Assembly: GCA_016839705.1 (NCBI GenBank)
Contig: JAEOTR010000006.1
Location: 1 to 64,000 of the forward strand
Length of the DNA stretch: 64,000 bases
Direction of reading: 5' to 3'
From: Promethearchaeota archaeon
Lineage (GTDB): Archaea > Asgardarchaeota > Lokiarchaeia > Sigyniarchaeales > SOKP01
The notes beneath the pieces were generated by a model. That model was not told the origin of the DNA. It saw nothing but the letters and a program-made list of their open reading frames with translations, and did not search any database. A program made the position numbers and the translations under genes. Shown in pieces: positions 18,659 through 28,970 of this stretch (positions within the stretch are counted from its first letter, which is position 1; each line of letters begins with the position of its first letter).

Positions 18659-20692
18659 TTATTTATCAAGGTTATAGGCAGTTTCAAACCCTTCATGTAT
18701 TGCTTCCATCATCGTTCTCGGCTCTTTACTGTCACCAATATTAAACATTTTGTATGATGGATTCGTGGCTTTTACTTTTTCATAAAGATCGGTATTACTC
18801 TTCACACCAGTTGCCAGGATAAATGTATCGACATTATCCATGGTATGGGTTTCTTCTTCCTGATCAGAGACCTTAATCTTATACTGCATTGAATTCCCCT
18901 CGAATTTTGTGATTTCTGCACTCATAATTGAGTTTATCTGCAATTTCATTGAAATACCAATCAGATATCCCCTTGTAGTTCGTCCCACATTTGTAGCTAG
19001 TCTCGGTAATACATCTATTATGGTTACATTTCGATTTCCTTTCAGCCATCGTTTGATAATTTCTTCTTGGGGTATTAATTCATAAAAACTAAGGAAGTGT
19101 GCAATATCAGAATTAATGGCTCCTAACTCGGCAGCCCAAATCGCCGTTTCTAAACCGGTTGCTCCCCCACCAACAACAACGACATTTTTCCCAACAACAT
19201 GATCTCCGGCTAAAGCTTCATCTGCAAAACAGATATCGCTTCCATTTGAACCATCAATTCCTGGAATATCTGGGGTGGAGAGCTTTACTCCCGTTGCAAA
19301 TATAACCGTATCTGGATTAAAATCATTGATAAATTCTGGAGTGGCTTCGGTTGCCAGTCTTAATTTTATATGGCGATGACGAATTTGTGCTTCATAGTAA
19401 CTTAACATCTCCGAGATGTTTCTTCTGCTATGTGGAACAGCAGCAGTTTTCATCTGTCCACCTATTGATTCACTTTTTTCTACTATTGTTACGTCATGAC
19501 CCAGTACTGCAGCAATTCGAGCTGCTTCAAGTCCACCGGGGCCGCTCCCAACGACTAAAACTTTTTGAGGATTATCGGTTTTCTTGCTTAGGTCAATATC
19601 CCCTTCTTTTGCAGTAATATAATTTCTCATGCATACAACAGACCTGCCACTGAAGATCGTGTCAAAGCAACCTTGATTACAAGCCACACATTTCATAATA
19701 TCCCAAAGTCGGTTCTCTTTCGCTTTATTGGGTAATTCTGGGTCAGCTATTAGCCCTCTTCCCATACAAATTGCATCTACTCTTTCATCTCTTAATATTT
19801 GCTCTGCTATTAATGGATCATTTATCCGATTCGCCATAAAAACAGGGACATTTACTTGCTTTTTAATGTTCTCACCGAGATATACATATGCAGCTTGCGG
19901 TACCATCATAGGAATCTGTGGAATTCTAGTCTCGTGCCATCCTCCCGTTACATTTAAAAATTCTATTCCTGCTTCTTCATAATGTTTCGAAAATATTGGG
20001 CTTTGCGTCCAATCGTTGGAACCTGGAACGAAATCATCGCCAGCAACGCGCATTCCCACTATTATTTTGCCCCCAACTCTCTTTTTCATCAGTTTTATTA
20101 ACTCGATTGGATATCTTAGACGATTTTCTAAAGATCCGCCATATTCATCGGTTCTTTTATTGATTATTGGGCTTAAAAATTGAGTAATAAGATAACCTGC
20201 GCTTCCGAGTAATTCCACTCCATCGAAACCAGCTTCTAATAAGCGTTCCGCCGCTAATGCATGATCCTCCTGTATTTGTTTTATTTCATCAATGGTTAAT
20301 TCTTTAGGCACCATTCGTGTAAGGTTTGATCTCACTGCAGAAGCGGACACCGCATTTTGACTGGGAAAATATGCGCCTTGATGCATTATTTGGCCCATAA
20401 CTTTAACACCATGTTTATGCATTTTTTCAGCAAATGCTGAATAACCAGGAATGAATTTATCGTCTCCGATATATGGTGTACCTCCACTATTTGGGCTAAT
20501 TCCTAATCCGCCAATTATAATTAATCCTGCTCCACCCTTCGCTCGTTTTTCGTAAAAATTACTGAAAACATCACTAATTTCTCCTTTAGGTGTGTAACCC
20601 AAACCCAGAGCCGGCATAACAATTCGATTTTTTATTTCCAAATCCTGAATTTTTAAAGGTTCAAATAATTTTATGAGTTTCATTTTTTTCAC
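18659..20692 (-). CDS. fadH: 2,4-dienoyl-CoA reductase-like NADH:flavin oxidoreductase (OYE barrel + 4Fe-4S + FAD)
   Basis: KNRIVMP, GVELLGSAGYLITQFLSP, RTDEYGGSLENR, GWHETRIP, CVACNQGC..C, GSGPGG and GGGATG dinucleotide motifs. Confidence 0.85.
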   Translation of the reverse strand: MKKMKLIKLFEPLKIQDLEIKNRIVMPALGLGYTPKGEISDVFSNFYEKRAKGGAGLIIIGGLGISPNSGGTPYIGDDKFIPGYSAFAEKMHKHGVKVMGQIMHQGAYFPSQNAVSASAVRSNLTRMVPKELTIDEIKQIQEDHALAAERLLEAGFDGVELLGSAGYLITQFLSPIINKRTDEYGGSLENRLRYPIELIKLMKKRVGGKIIVGMRVAGDDFVPGSNDWTQSPIFSKHYEEAGIEFLNVTGGWHETRIPQIPMMVPQAAYVYLGENIKKQVNVPVFMANRINDPLIAEQILRDERVDAICMGRGLIADPELPNKAKENRLWDIMKCVACNQGCFDTIFSGRSVVCMRNYITAKEGDIDLSKKTDNPQKVLVVGSGPGGLEAARIAAVLGHDVTIVEKSESIGGQMKTAAVPHSRRNISEMLSYYEAQIRHRHIKLRLATEATPEFINDFNPDTVIFATGVKLSTPDIPGIDGSNGSDICFADEALAGDHVVGKNVVVVGGGATGLETAIWAAELGAINSDIAHFLSFYELIPQEEIIKRWLKGNRNVTIIDVLPRLATNVGRTTRGYLIGISMKLQINSIMSAEITKFEGNSMQYKIKVSDQEEETHTMDNVDTFILATGVKSNTDLYEKVKATNPSYKMFNIGDSKEPRTMMEAIHEGFETAYNLDK

Positions 20693-20852
20693 ATTCTCTT
20701 TTATTATTATTTTGAATTTTTAATGAGTTTTAAATCTTTTAATAAAATTGAAATTGTTTATATTAAGCTCATAGCTATTCAAAGTGTAATATGTTTCTAA
20801 TTATGATCAAAAAAGAAGAAGAATATGAGGATTCAGATTAAAATGAGAATCA

Positions 20853-21653
20853 TCAGCGAAAATAAGAATCAGCTCCTTTGTCATCTTGAGGAGGAGCCAT
20901 AAATTGGTCTGCTTGTTTTTTAAATGATTCAAAGACATTCTCCATTTCTTTAATCTTTTCATTTAATTTACTAAAATCCATATCTATTGAAAAATAATCC
21001 TTCAATAGAGAAACTAAAGCTTTTGAGGAACGAGGATCAAATGTCATCATTGGTAAAGGGATTGTCTCAGCTAATAGGCAAACACCTGGGGCAAAATGAT
21101 TTGCACCCGCATATGCGGGGATTATACCATTTGCACCTGAGATGTATCCACTATCATACAGTTTTGTATTCTCAAAGGTTAGGAATGATTGAACGAGATC
21201 TGGGTCAGTACCACATACATACACTAGCGGATTATCATGAACTCTGTCAGAAATCATTGCCCCCGTACTTACATACATTTCTATTTTTCCCCCTGCTATT
21301 TTTTCCATTTCTTCACAAAAAATTTTTGAAAACAAAAAAACCCCTACAGGTGTTTGAGGTTGATAAGAAGCGGTTAAGATAAAAAGGTCATTTCCTTCTT
21401 CTTGTTCGGTCGCCTTATAATACAATTTTGCCGTAGGGATTTCTAATACACCTTTCTCTACAATCGCTTTTGGTGATAAGTCAAAATATTGAATACTTAA
21501 AAATTCTTTAGCATCTATAGATTCAATTATAGATGTGATTGCTAGCTTTGCTACAAGCGCGATTCCAGGCCATCCAATTAATACAATAGGATTTTTTATG
21601 CTTTCCATTTCTAAATTAAATTTTTTCTCTATGTCTACATGCATTTTCATCAA
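20853..21653 (-). CDS. PAC2-family proteasome assembly chaperone
   Basis: IGWPGIALVAKLA, YQP, ISGANG, CLLAET, DPRSS. Confidence 0.85.
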   Translation of the reverse strand: MMKMHVDIEKKFNLEMESIKNPIVLIGWPGIALVAKLAITSIIESIDAKEFLSIQYFDLSPKAIVEKGVLEIPTAKLYYKATEQEEGNDLFILTASYQPQTPVGVFLFSKIFCEEMEKIAGGKIEMYVSTGAMISDRVHDNPLVYVCGTDPDLVQSFLTFENTKLYDSGYISGANGIIPAYAGANHFAPGVCLLAETIPLPMMTFDPRSSKALVSLLKDYFSIDMDFSKLNEKIKEMENVFESFKKQADQFMAPPQDDKGADSYFR

Positions 21654-21663
21654 TTTTTTAGAT

Positions 21664-22692
21664 TTATTTATTTAAGGATGACAGATTTTCCCCACATCTC
21701 GGACAAAATCTCTTCATATTGTTTATTAAAACACCACAATAAGGACAATAAAATCTGCCTGCATTTTGAGAAAGTACTGTTGATTCCTCATTTACTGAAT
21801 ATAAAATTCTCTTGTATTGAAGCCCTGCATCTTTTTTAGCTTTTAAAGAAGCGAATAATACTGTCATTAAATTGATAAATAAGGGCGCTAATAAAATATT
21901 CACCAGGTTAATTAATACTTGGTAAAGTATAATCATTCCATAATTTCTTGAACTGGGGGCTAACCACAAATTATAGTTATATGTTAGAATATTAGGATTC
22001 AAAAAGAAATCGATAATTGTGTTAAATATTAAACTTAAAATGAAAATAATACAAAAATTGATGACAAAAACACCAATAATTTTAAGTTTGTTATTCACTC
22101 CTTTTGCAATTGCTCGAGCTTCAGTAATAGGGTTATTAATTTCTTCAATATTATAGGTAAATACTAATAAGATGAACATACTAAAAACAAATATTGCAGG
22201 GATATACAACAAAATGGCACTTAAAGGAACACAAAATCCGACGATAAAAATTACGATAAACATTTTCTTATTAAAAGCTAATTTGAAGGAATTGTAGAAA
22301 TTTGTATTCATACCTAGAAGTTTTTGCAAAAGGTAATTACTGACAGAACACATAGCAATCGTAATTATAATTGCCCCGATTAAGTTTTGTAAGAAAAGTA
22401 AGAGAATACTCATAAGTAAAAATAGAGAAACTAGATCCCATTCCTGTGCAGTAAGAGGTATATCCTCTAATATACGTGTCATTAAATCTGCTATATTAAT
22501 TCCAATAGTATCGATATACACTTTAAGATCGGTTAATAAAAGTGTATCTGAAATAATTAAAATTATTTGAAAAAGAGCAAGCGGTAAAATTAAAGTTCCA
22601 TAATTTTGAAAAAACAATCTAAATCCCTCAGATAGAATTTCACTGAATCCTTTATTTGCGAAGTTTGCTAATCTTTGGGAATTTTTTTCCAT
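21664..22692 (-). CDS. Multi-pass membrane protein with C-terminal zinc ribbon
   Basis: About 6 TMs, C-terminal CPYCG...FCPRCG. Confidence 0.75.
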   Translation of the reverse strand: MEKNSQRLANFANKGFSEILSEGFRLFFQNYGTLILPLALFQIILIISDTLLLTDLKVYIDTIGINIADLMTRILEDIPLTAQEWDLVSLFLLMSILLLFLQNLIGAIIITIAMCSVSNYLLQKLLGMNTNFYNSFKLAFNKKMFIVIFIVGFCVPLSAILLYIPAIFVFSMFILLVFTYNIEEINNPITEARAIAKGVNNKLKIIGVFVINFCIIFILSLIFNTIIDFFLNPNILTYNYNLWLAPSSRNYGMIILYQVLINLVNILLAPLFINLMTVLFASLKAKKDAGLQYKRILYSVNEESTVLSQNAGRFYCPYCGVLINNMKRFCPRCGENLSSLNK

Positions 22693-22826
22693 ACTGTCTA
22701 TAAAAAAGTATTTTATTATAATTTTATTATATTGTTTTAGATAAAGATATTTTAATATGGTTTATTCATTATTAAAGAAGGCAAATGCTCAAATAAGTAT
22801 TCCTACCAATAAAGTCTTTAATTTTA

Positions 22827-24719
22827 GTGCCCATGTATATAAAAAAAAAACCTTCACGCCAAATTCCAGGTTTAATTTCATATTTAGAATTGTTTTCTTC
22901 TAAAAAATTAGCCTATTCTATATTTTTTAGTACCCCATTTCTTTTTGGGCTCATATCACTACTGGTTTATTCCCTTTTATTAGGATATCTAGACGTTTAC
23001 CATTTTTTTAGGTTTATAGCTCTATTTTTACTAATCTCAGGATTATCATCTCTTTTTTCTATTATATTCTTTTCTAAAAAATCTCCTATTTTACGTCCAC
23101 CACCTAAAGGATGGTCCGTTCAGATGAATGTATATTTTAGTGCAGTGATTGAGCTGACATTTATTTTTGGGCAAATTGTATCGATCCTTTTGAACAACAT
23201 TGTATATCAAGAGGTTTTTTTAATATTAGGGACAATAATCGCTTACACTGTTGCGTTTATAATATACTTTTCATTTACTACCGTAGGCAGACGAGGATAT
23301 TTTTTTCTACCATTAGCCCAGCCTGTATTGACCATAATTCTTTATGCTTTATACAGTGGCCAATTCAATTCGGACTTTTTTATTAGGGCCTCGATATTTT
23401 TTACCGGATGTGCTTTATTATTTGCAATTCCATATAGAAGAGGTTTATTTCAAGTCAGCAATGTTTATAGAGAAGCAACAGGGATGAGTGGTTACTCCTT
23501 CATTAGGGCTTTTATTCTTTCTATGATGACAGAAGGAAATGATGAGCTAATCGAAACATATTTTGATAGAGTGGGGATAAAATCTCAAGTGAAGATTCAA
23601 TATCTAGCTGTCAGGAGTATAAAATCTAAAGAAATAAAGGGTTTATTTTTAATACCCCATATACATTTTGGACCATTCAAGACTTGTGGCTCATCTGATT
23701 TGCCTGAACACCTGTATAAAGCATTTAAAGACATACCCGGAACAACTGTATATCATACAACTAATGATCATTCTCAAAATTTAACTACCCAAGGCTATGT
23801 TGAAGTAGTGGTAGATAGAGTAAAACAAGATATTACTGAGATAAGAAATAATAATGAAATAAAGTGGATAAAAGAAGTTAAGGATTTTACAAGAAAAATA
23901 TCTAACTCTGCTAAACTCATTGGTATGCAGGTCGAAAATATCCCATTAGTATTTATAACTAGACATCCCCTGCCATCAGACGATATTGAAGCAGAAGTAG
24001 GGGATGAAATTAGAGATTATGCTATATCGAAAGGATATCAAGATATTATTATTATTGATTCTCATAATGCAATTATTGGTGATGAAATATTAATTACCAA
24101 AAATACAATCGAATCTAAAGATCTAATTAATGTTTCAAAGAACTACATTGATAGTAAAACGATCCAAGATACTCCAGAAGTTCAAATGTTATATGGTGTT
24201 GCGAAAAGCACATTTGAGGGGTATTCTGAGAAAGATGGAATTGGATTCGGTGGAATTGTTGTTCATTTATTTAAAAATTCAGATACAGGTCAAACAACAG
24301 TACTAATTCATTTTGATGGTAATAATGCATATGTAGACATCAGGTCATATATTCTAAATATGTTACAAAATAGAGGAATTGAGAGAGGAGAAATTACTAC
24401 ATCCGATTCACATACAGTAGCAAGACAATTTTCAGCTAGAGGGTATTCCCCTATTGGAGATAAAATTAAAATCGATGATATTTTAGAAAAATTAAACAAT
24501 TTAATCCAAAAAGCAGAAAAAAACTTGGAGCCCGTTGAATTTTATTATAAAGCTTCACATGAAGATAATGTGAAGATTTGGGGAGATCCTCGTTATTTTA
24601 ACACGATTATCGACACTCTCAAAGAATGTATCAAAGTATCTCAGAAATTATTGACACTTAGTTTAATCATTCCAACCTTCTTTTCACTTATTTTGTTATT
24701 GTTTCTCTATAATATTTAG
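22827..24719 (+). CDS. DUF2070-family archaeal membrane protein
   Basis: N-terminal TMs, HFGPF...GSSDLP, DSHN, DGNN, TSDSH motifs, C-terminal TM. Confidence 0.85.
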   Translation: MPMYIKKKPSRQIPGLISYLELFSSKKLAYSIFFSTPFLFGLISLLVYSLLLGYLDVYHFFRFIALFLLISGLSSLFSIIFFSKKSPILRPPPKGWSVQMNVYFSAVIELTFIFGQIVSILLNNIVYQEVFLILGTIIAYTVAFIIYFSFTTVGRRGYFFLPLAQPVLTIILYALYSGQFNSDFFIRASIFFTGCALLFAIPYRRGLFQVSNVYREATGMSGYSFIRAFILSMMTEGNDELIETYFDRVGIKSQVKIQYLAVRSIKSKEIKGLFLIPHIHFGPFKTCGSSDLPEHLYKAFKDIPGTTVYHTTNDHSQNLTTQGYVEVVVDRVKQDITEIRNNNEIKWIKEVKDFTRKISNSAKLIGMQVENIPLVFITRHPLPSDDIEAEVGDEIRDYAISKGYQDIIIIDSHNAIIGDEILITKNTIESKDLINVSKNYIDSKTIQDTPEVQMLYGVAKSTFEGYSEKDGIGFGGIVVHLFKNSDTGQTTVLIHFDGNNAYVDIRSYILNMLQNRGIERGEITTSDSHTVARQFSARGYSPIGDKIKIDDILEKLNNLIQKAEKNLEPVEFYYKASHEDNVKIWGDPRYFNTIIDTLKECIKVSQKLLTLSLIIPTFFSLILLLFLYNI

Positions 24720-24804
24720 TAAAGTTTGGGGACCAATAATTCAATATTTAAATAATTCCTTCTCTTAATTTTTAATAATAAACTAGAAGGAAAAAAGTGA
24801 TAAT

Positions 24805-25545
24805 ATGACATTGAACCCCTTGGATGTTTTAAACGGAATATTTAGTTTCATTTTTGTGATGATTTCTTTAGTCGTTGGCTTTTTAATACTGATAAGATAT
24901 TTCAGATATAAAGAGAAAATTTATTTTTTAGTTGGAGCTACCTGGATATTAATATCTGAACCATGGTGGCCTTCTAGTTTATCTTTTCTAGTATCATTAA
25001 GTAATGGAGTAGGAATAACGCCAATGATATACTTTTTAATAGGGAATGTGTTGGTCCCACTGGCGATTGCCTTATGGTTACTAGCATTTTCAGATTTTTT
25101 ATACACTGAAAAACGTAAATTGATACTCCTCCTATTTGCAATTATAGGAATAATCTTCGAAGTGTTATTCTTCACTCTATTATTTATAAATCCAGATCTA
25201 ATTGGAATTTTAAACCCACCGGTTGATGTAAGTTATAATTTCTTCATAATGATTTTCCTATTAATCTTTATCTTAATTGTTGTCATTAGTGGTTTATTGT
25301 TCGCTCGTTTATCTTTGAAGTCTGATGATCCAGAAGTTAAACTAAAAGGAAAATTATTAGTAATTGCGTATATTGCCTTTTTCGTAGGAGCATTATTAGA
25401 TTCATCTATACCATTAAATGCGCTTGGAGTAATATTTGTGAGGTTAATATTAATAACGAGTGCCATCTTTTGGTATGGTGGGTTCTTACTTCCTCATTGG
25501 ATGAAAAAGCTCTTTCTAAAACAGAAAAAGGTAATACAAGGATAA
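24805..25545 (+). CDS. Seven-transmembrane protein (paralog of 11357-12109)
   Basis: Seven hydrophobic helices, basic loops after TM1, TM3 and TM5, basic C-terminal tail. Confidence 0.75.
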   Translation: MTLNPLDVLNGIFSFIFVMISLVVGFLILIRYFRYKEKIYFLVGATWILISEPWWPSSLSFLVSLSNGVGITPMIYFLIGNVLVPLAIALWLLAFSDFLYTEKRKLILLLFAIIGIIFEVLFFTLLFINPDLIGILNPPVDVSYNFFIMIFLLIFILIVVISGLLFARLSLKSDDPEVKLKGKLLVIAYIAFFVGALLDSSIPLNALGVIFVRLILITSAIFWYGGFLLPHWMKKLFLKQKKVIQG

Positions 25546-25598
25546 TATCCAGATTCATATTTTTTTCACACTAGATCTTCTTAATAAATCATTTAAGA

Positions 25599-26138
25599 TT
25601 GTGGTCAATTATATTAAGCTCTGAAATTAGCAAAATAGTAAAAGTAACTTTTATTGGGGCTCCCGCTGTGGGAAAAACCACCATGTTAAAACTTCTAATA
25701 AAAGACCACATTGATCGGTTTTATATACCAACACATGGACTTGACCTTAGAACAGTAAAATTCGATGATTATTATCTCCGTATATGGGATCTCGCAGGTC
25801 AGAGTGGATATCTTCGAACATATTCAAAGGATTACTTGCTAGGCTCAGATGTTATTTTTATTGTATCAGACTCAACACCTCGTAATGTATTAAATACTAG
25901 AGAGTTGATAAATTATGCGTGTCATTTTGTCGGTAAAGAATGTCCAATTATTTGTATAGCGAATAAACAAGATCTAGTAAAATCTGATGGTCGAATGGAT
26001 GCAAAAAGGGTTGAGGATCTTTTACGTGTTAAGACATATGGATTAACTGCCATTAATAAAGCAGAGAGAAAAACATTATTAAATATAATTAAAAAAGAAT
26101 TAGAAAAAATATCAGTTAGGAGGGGGTTAAAAGAATAA
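25599..26138 (+). CDS. Ras-superfamily (Arf/Rab-like) small GTPase
   Basis: G1 GAPAVGKT, G2 PTHG, G3 WDLAGQ, G4 NKQD, G5 TAI. Confidence 0.9.
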   Translation: MWSIILSSEISKIVKVTFIGAPAVGKTTMLKLLIKDHIDRFYIPTHGLDLRTVKFDDYYLRIWDLAGQSGYLRTYSKDYLLGSDVIFIVSDSTPRNVLNTRELINYACHFVGKECPIICIANKQDLVKSDGRMDAKRVEDLLRVKTYGLTAINKAERKTLLNIIKKELEKISVRRGLKE

Positions 26139-26692
26139 TGAAATTTAGCGAAAATGAACTATTTGGCGCGGCATTAATTGGATTCGACATGATAGATGGA
26201 CCTTTCCTCAAATGGAAGAAGGAATTTAAAGATCCCACGAATCTAGTTAATTTAGACGATTTTGCTATGAATTTTTATCTCGCATTTAGAGGTGGAAATG
26301 CTGGCAAAAAACCAAGAGCAATTCTCTATGATAAATTTTATATTGTCGCATTTCCGAAAGATCTGGAGCTATGTTGCCTTTTTATGAAACCTCAGGGAAT
26401 TGAAAACAATATTAAACAACTTAATAAAATAGCTAATAAAATTACTACCGAAATGGAAATAGGAGAAGAAGCATTTCTACCATCAGAAGATTCTGATGAG
26501 GAAACTGTTGAAGAAATCAAAAGAATCATACCAAATTTGTTGAGTGGGACAAAAATGTCAACTCCAGAATTGAGGCGATACTTTAAATTAAGTAACTCTC
26601 AAATATGGAAGGTAATGTCTGAATTGGAGAATTCGAAAAAAGTGAAACGTGCCGAAAAAAAAGGAAGATCACAACTGTGGACAGCACTATAA
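26138..26692 (+). CDS. uDENN/longin-like domain fused to C-terminal winged HTH
   Basis: AALIGFDMIDGP (hhhxFDxxxGP), acidic linker, MSTPELRRYFKLSNSQIWKVMSELE..KV...KKGRSQLW wHTH. TAATG overlap with the GTPase. Confidence 0.7.
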   Translation: MKFSENELFGAALIGFDMIDGPFLKWKKEFKDPTNLVNLDDFAMNFYLAFRGGNAGKKPRAILYDKFYIVAFPKDLELCCLFMKPQGIENNIKQLNKIANKITTEMEIGEEAFLPSEDSDEETVEEIKRIIPNLLSGTKMSTPELRRYFKLSNSQIWKVMSELENSKKVKRAEKKGRSQLWTAL

Positions 26693-26708
26693 ATTTTTTC
26701 CTATTATT

Positions 26709-27521
26709 TTATCTTGTCCTATGATCCCATTTTCCAATATTTTTAGTATAGTATCGAGAGAACATAATATAACAGATGTCAGGTAAGTCTTTATCTAAGT
26801 TATTAATAGTAATAAATCGAAGAATGTGATTTATGAAAAAGATTCCAATGAATTCTGCATGATAACTACCTAAATTTGCTCCTAATTTTTCCCCATAAAA
26901 TTTGATATCTAATCCATTCTGTTTATCCCACATCACCTCAGTAAAGATTTTTGGGAAGATCTCTTTTTTAATTCTCCATTTATTATCCGTTTTCCCTACT
27001 TCAGCTCCAAGGAAATTCGCAAGTGATTCTATGTCTTCTTCTCGTAAATATATAAAAGGTTCATTTCTTTGAAGAAGGACTTTTTCCATTAATTCTGATT
27101 TAGAAGTATAGTTCTTTTCAAATGGTTCTTCTCCCTTCAATTTTCTTTCGATAAATTCCAGAACAATATCGATGTATGTGGCACTATCTTCACCGGGTAC
27201 CCAAGTAACATGTTTACCTGAAAAATAAAATTTAAACTCTCCCTCAATGTCATCTCCAAATTCATTTCCAAAATAAGAATAAGCCATGTGTATATTCACA
27301 TCAGGGAACATTTCGATTGAGATGGTCCAGTCTTCACTAAATCCGATATTTTCAATTTTTCCCCCGAGATCTTCAATAACAATCCTTTCTAACTTATCTT
27401 TTTCAATTTTAATAAACAGTGGATATTTAGCAAGACTTATATCTTCTAGTTCTTTCTCATGTGGACCTCTTACACCTGTGGCATCAATTTGACCTACAGT
27501 CCAATATTTCTGTTTTGGCAT
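26709..27521 (-). CDS. Protein with two DUF3786-like repeats
   Basis: LGG...W.I.IEMFP.V and LGA...W.I.KEIFP.I internal duplication. Confidence 0.55.
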   Translation of the reverse strand: MPKQKYWTVGQIDATGVRGPHEKELEDISLAKYPLFIKIEKDKLERIVIEDLGGKIENIGFSEDWTISIEMFPDVNIHMAYSYFGNEFGDDIEGEFKFYFSGKHVTWVPGEDSATYIDIVLEFIERKLKGEEPFEKNYTSKSELMEKVLLQRNEPFIYLREEDIESLANFLGAEVGKTDNKWRIKKEIFPKIFTEVMWDKQNGLDIKFYGEKLGANLGSYHAEFIGIFFINHILRFITINNLDKDLPDICYIMFSRYYTKNIGKWDHRTR

Positions 27522-27532
27522 ATTGAATAAAA

Positions 27533-28870
27533 TTAATATTTTTTTTTGAATTTTGCGATAAAAAAACCTTCTGTATGGTGCTGAGCTGGAAATAGCCTAG
27601 CGGTTCCATGGATATAACTCCCTTCAAGTTGATAACTTCTTCCTAGCCAATCAGGTAGCTTCATAGCTTCTAATTTATCTAAAAAATTTTTAACTTGATA
27701 TTCTCCTTCTTCACTATAAAGACTACATGTGGAATAAACAAGAATTCCTGATGGTTTTAATAATTCAATAGCAGATTTTAATAACTTTTCTTGAAGGATC
27801 ATATTTTGATGTAGAAATTTTTCAGTTTGACGCCATTTTAATGCAGGGTTAGATAATAAGGCCCCACTCCCAGTACATGGAGCATCCAATAGTATCTTAT
27901 CGAATTTTAATGATGATCGTAAGGGTACGGAAATGCTATCTGAGTTAAGAATCTGAATTTTATTATTAGTAATTCGTCCCGTAAATTCTTTTAATGTGTT
28001 TGTTCTTTCTGAAGAGAAATCAATGGCAATAATCTTTGATTTATTTTTTGTATAATGTGAAATAAGAGACGTTTTTACTCCCGGGGCTGCGCACATATCT
28101 AAAATTAAGTCTTCTGGTTCAGGAAATAAGAGATCAACTATGCTAGCTGAAGCTTTATCTAAAATGATAATATCTCCTGAGTGAACTAACTCTGAATCTA
28201 CAAATTTGTTCTTAAGATTTATCGGAATATGATAAAGATGAGAGACATTAGAATCTTTTTGGAATATTTGATCAGTCTGTGATGTGACCGGTTTAAAATT
28301 CTTGAAAGAAGAAGTACTTAATATAAAATCAACATCCTTGGCTAAATAAGTGGAGAAATAATCTTTTTCTTTGAAACTATTCATGAATCTAAGGTTTTCC
28401 TTTATATAACTAGAGTCCATAACTTCCTGTAACTTCTCAATAAAAAAGGAGGGTATAGATTCTGTGATACTTAACCTTTCAATATTGGACTTGCCTTTTA
28501 AAGCAATTTCCCATGAAAAAGTTTTAGCTTTCATACTAAAAGATTTAAAATGTTCAAAATTTCTGTCAATAATCCTATAATACTTTAGTTCATTTAGTAA
28601 AGAATCAAGAGCTACATTTTCAAGTCGAATTCGATATGTAATATAAAATAATAAGGCTTGTTCGAATTCGTTGAATTCATCATTTAAATTAAGTGATCTT
28701 AAAGTTTTTTTAATAATATAGTTTAGTTTATTCCAGTTTCTAATTACCTCAGAAAAATAATAAATAATTTGAGGATCTAAAGTGCTATCTCTCGGAAGAG
28801 AAAACCTTTTACTTTTTTTAAACTTCTCTATGAATTCAATTAAGTTTTGAATTGATTCTGAGACATTCAA
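27533..28870 (-). CDS. RsmB/NOP2-family RNA m5C methyltransferase
   Basis: DMCAAPGVKT, LLDAPCTGSG, VYSTCS, EGFFIAK. Confidence 0.92.
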   Translation of the reverse strand: MNVSESIQNLIEFIEKFKKSKRFSLPRDSTLDPQIIYYFSEVIRNWNKLNYIIKKTLRSLNLNDEFNEFEQALLFYITYRIRLENVALDSLLNELKYYRIIDRNFEHFKSFSMKAKTFSWEIALKGKSNIERLSITESIPSFFIEKLQEVMDSSYIKENLRFMNSFKEKDYFSTYLAKDVDFILSTSSFKNFKPVTSQTDQIFQKDSNVSHLYHIPINLKNKFVDSELVHSGDIIILDKASASIVDLLFPEPEDLILDMCAAPGVKTSLISHYTKNKSKIIAIDFSSERTNTLKEFTGRITNNKIQILNSDSISVPLRSSLKFDKILLDAPCTGSGALLSNPALKWRQTEKFLHQNMILQEKLLKSAIELLKPSGILVYSTCSLYSEEGEYQVKNFLDKLEAMKLPDWLGRSYQLEGSYIHGTARLFPAQHHTEGFFIAKFKKKY

Positions 28871-28970
28871 TTTTAAAATGACTCTGTTTTAATAAATAAA
28901 CAAGCATAAAAAAAAAGTTTTATTCCGTTTTAAATTGTTGAAAATAGAAGAATAGAAAAAAAAATGTTAT

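Noticed and set aside
20853-20870. HbYX proteasome-activating motif in PAC2
   Set aside because: The C-terminus is SYFR, with Tyr at -3 rather than the penultimate position.
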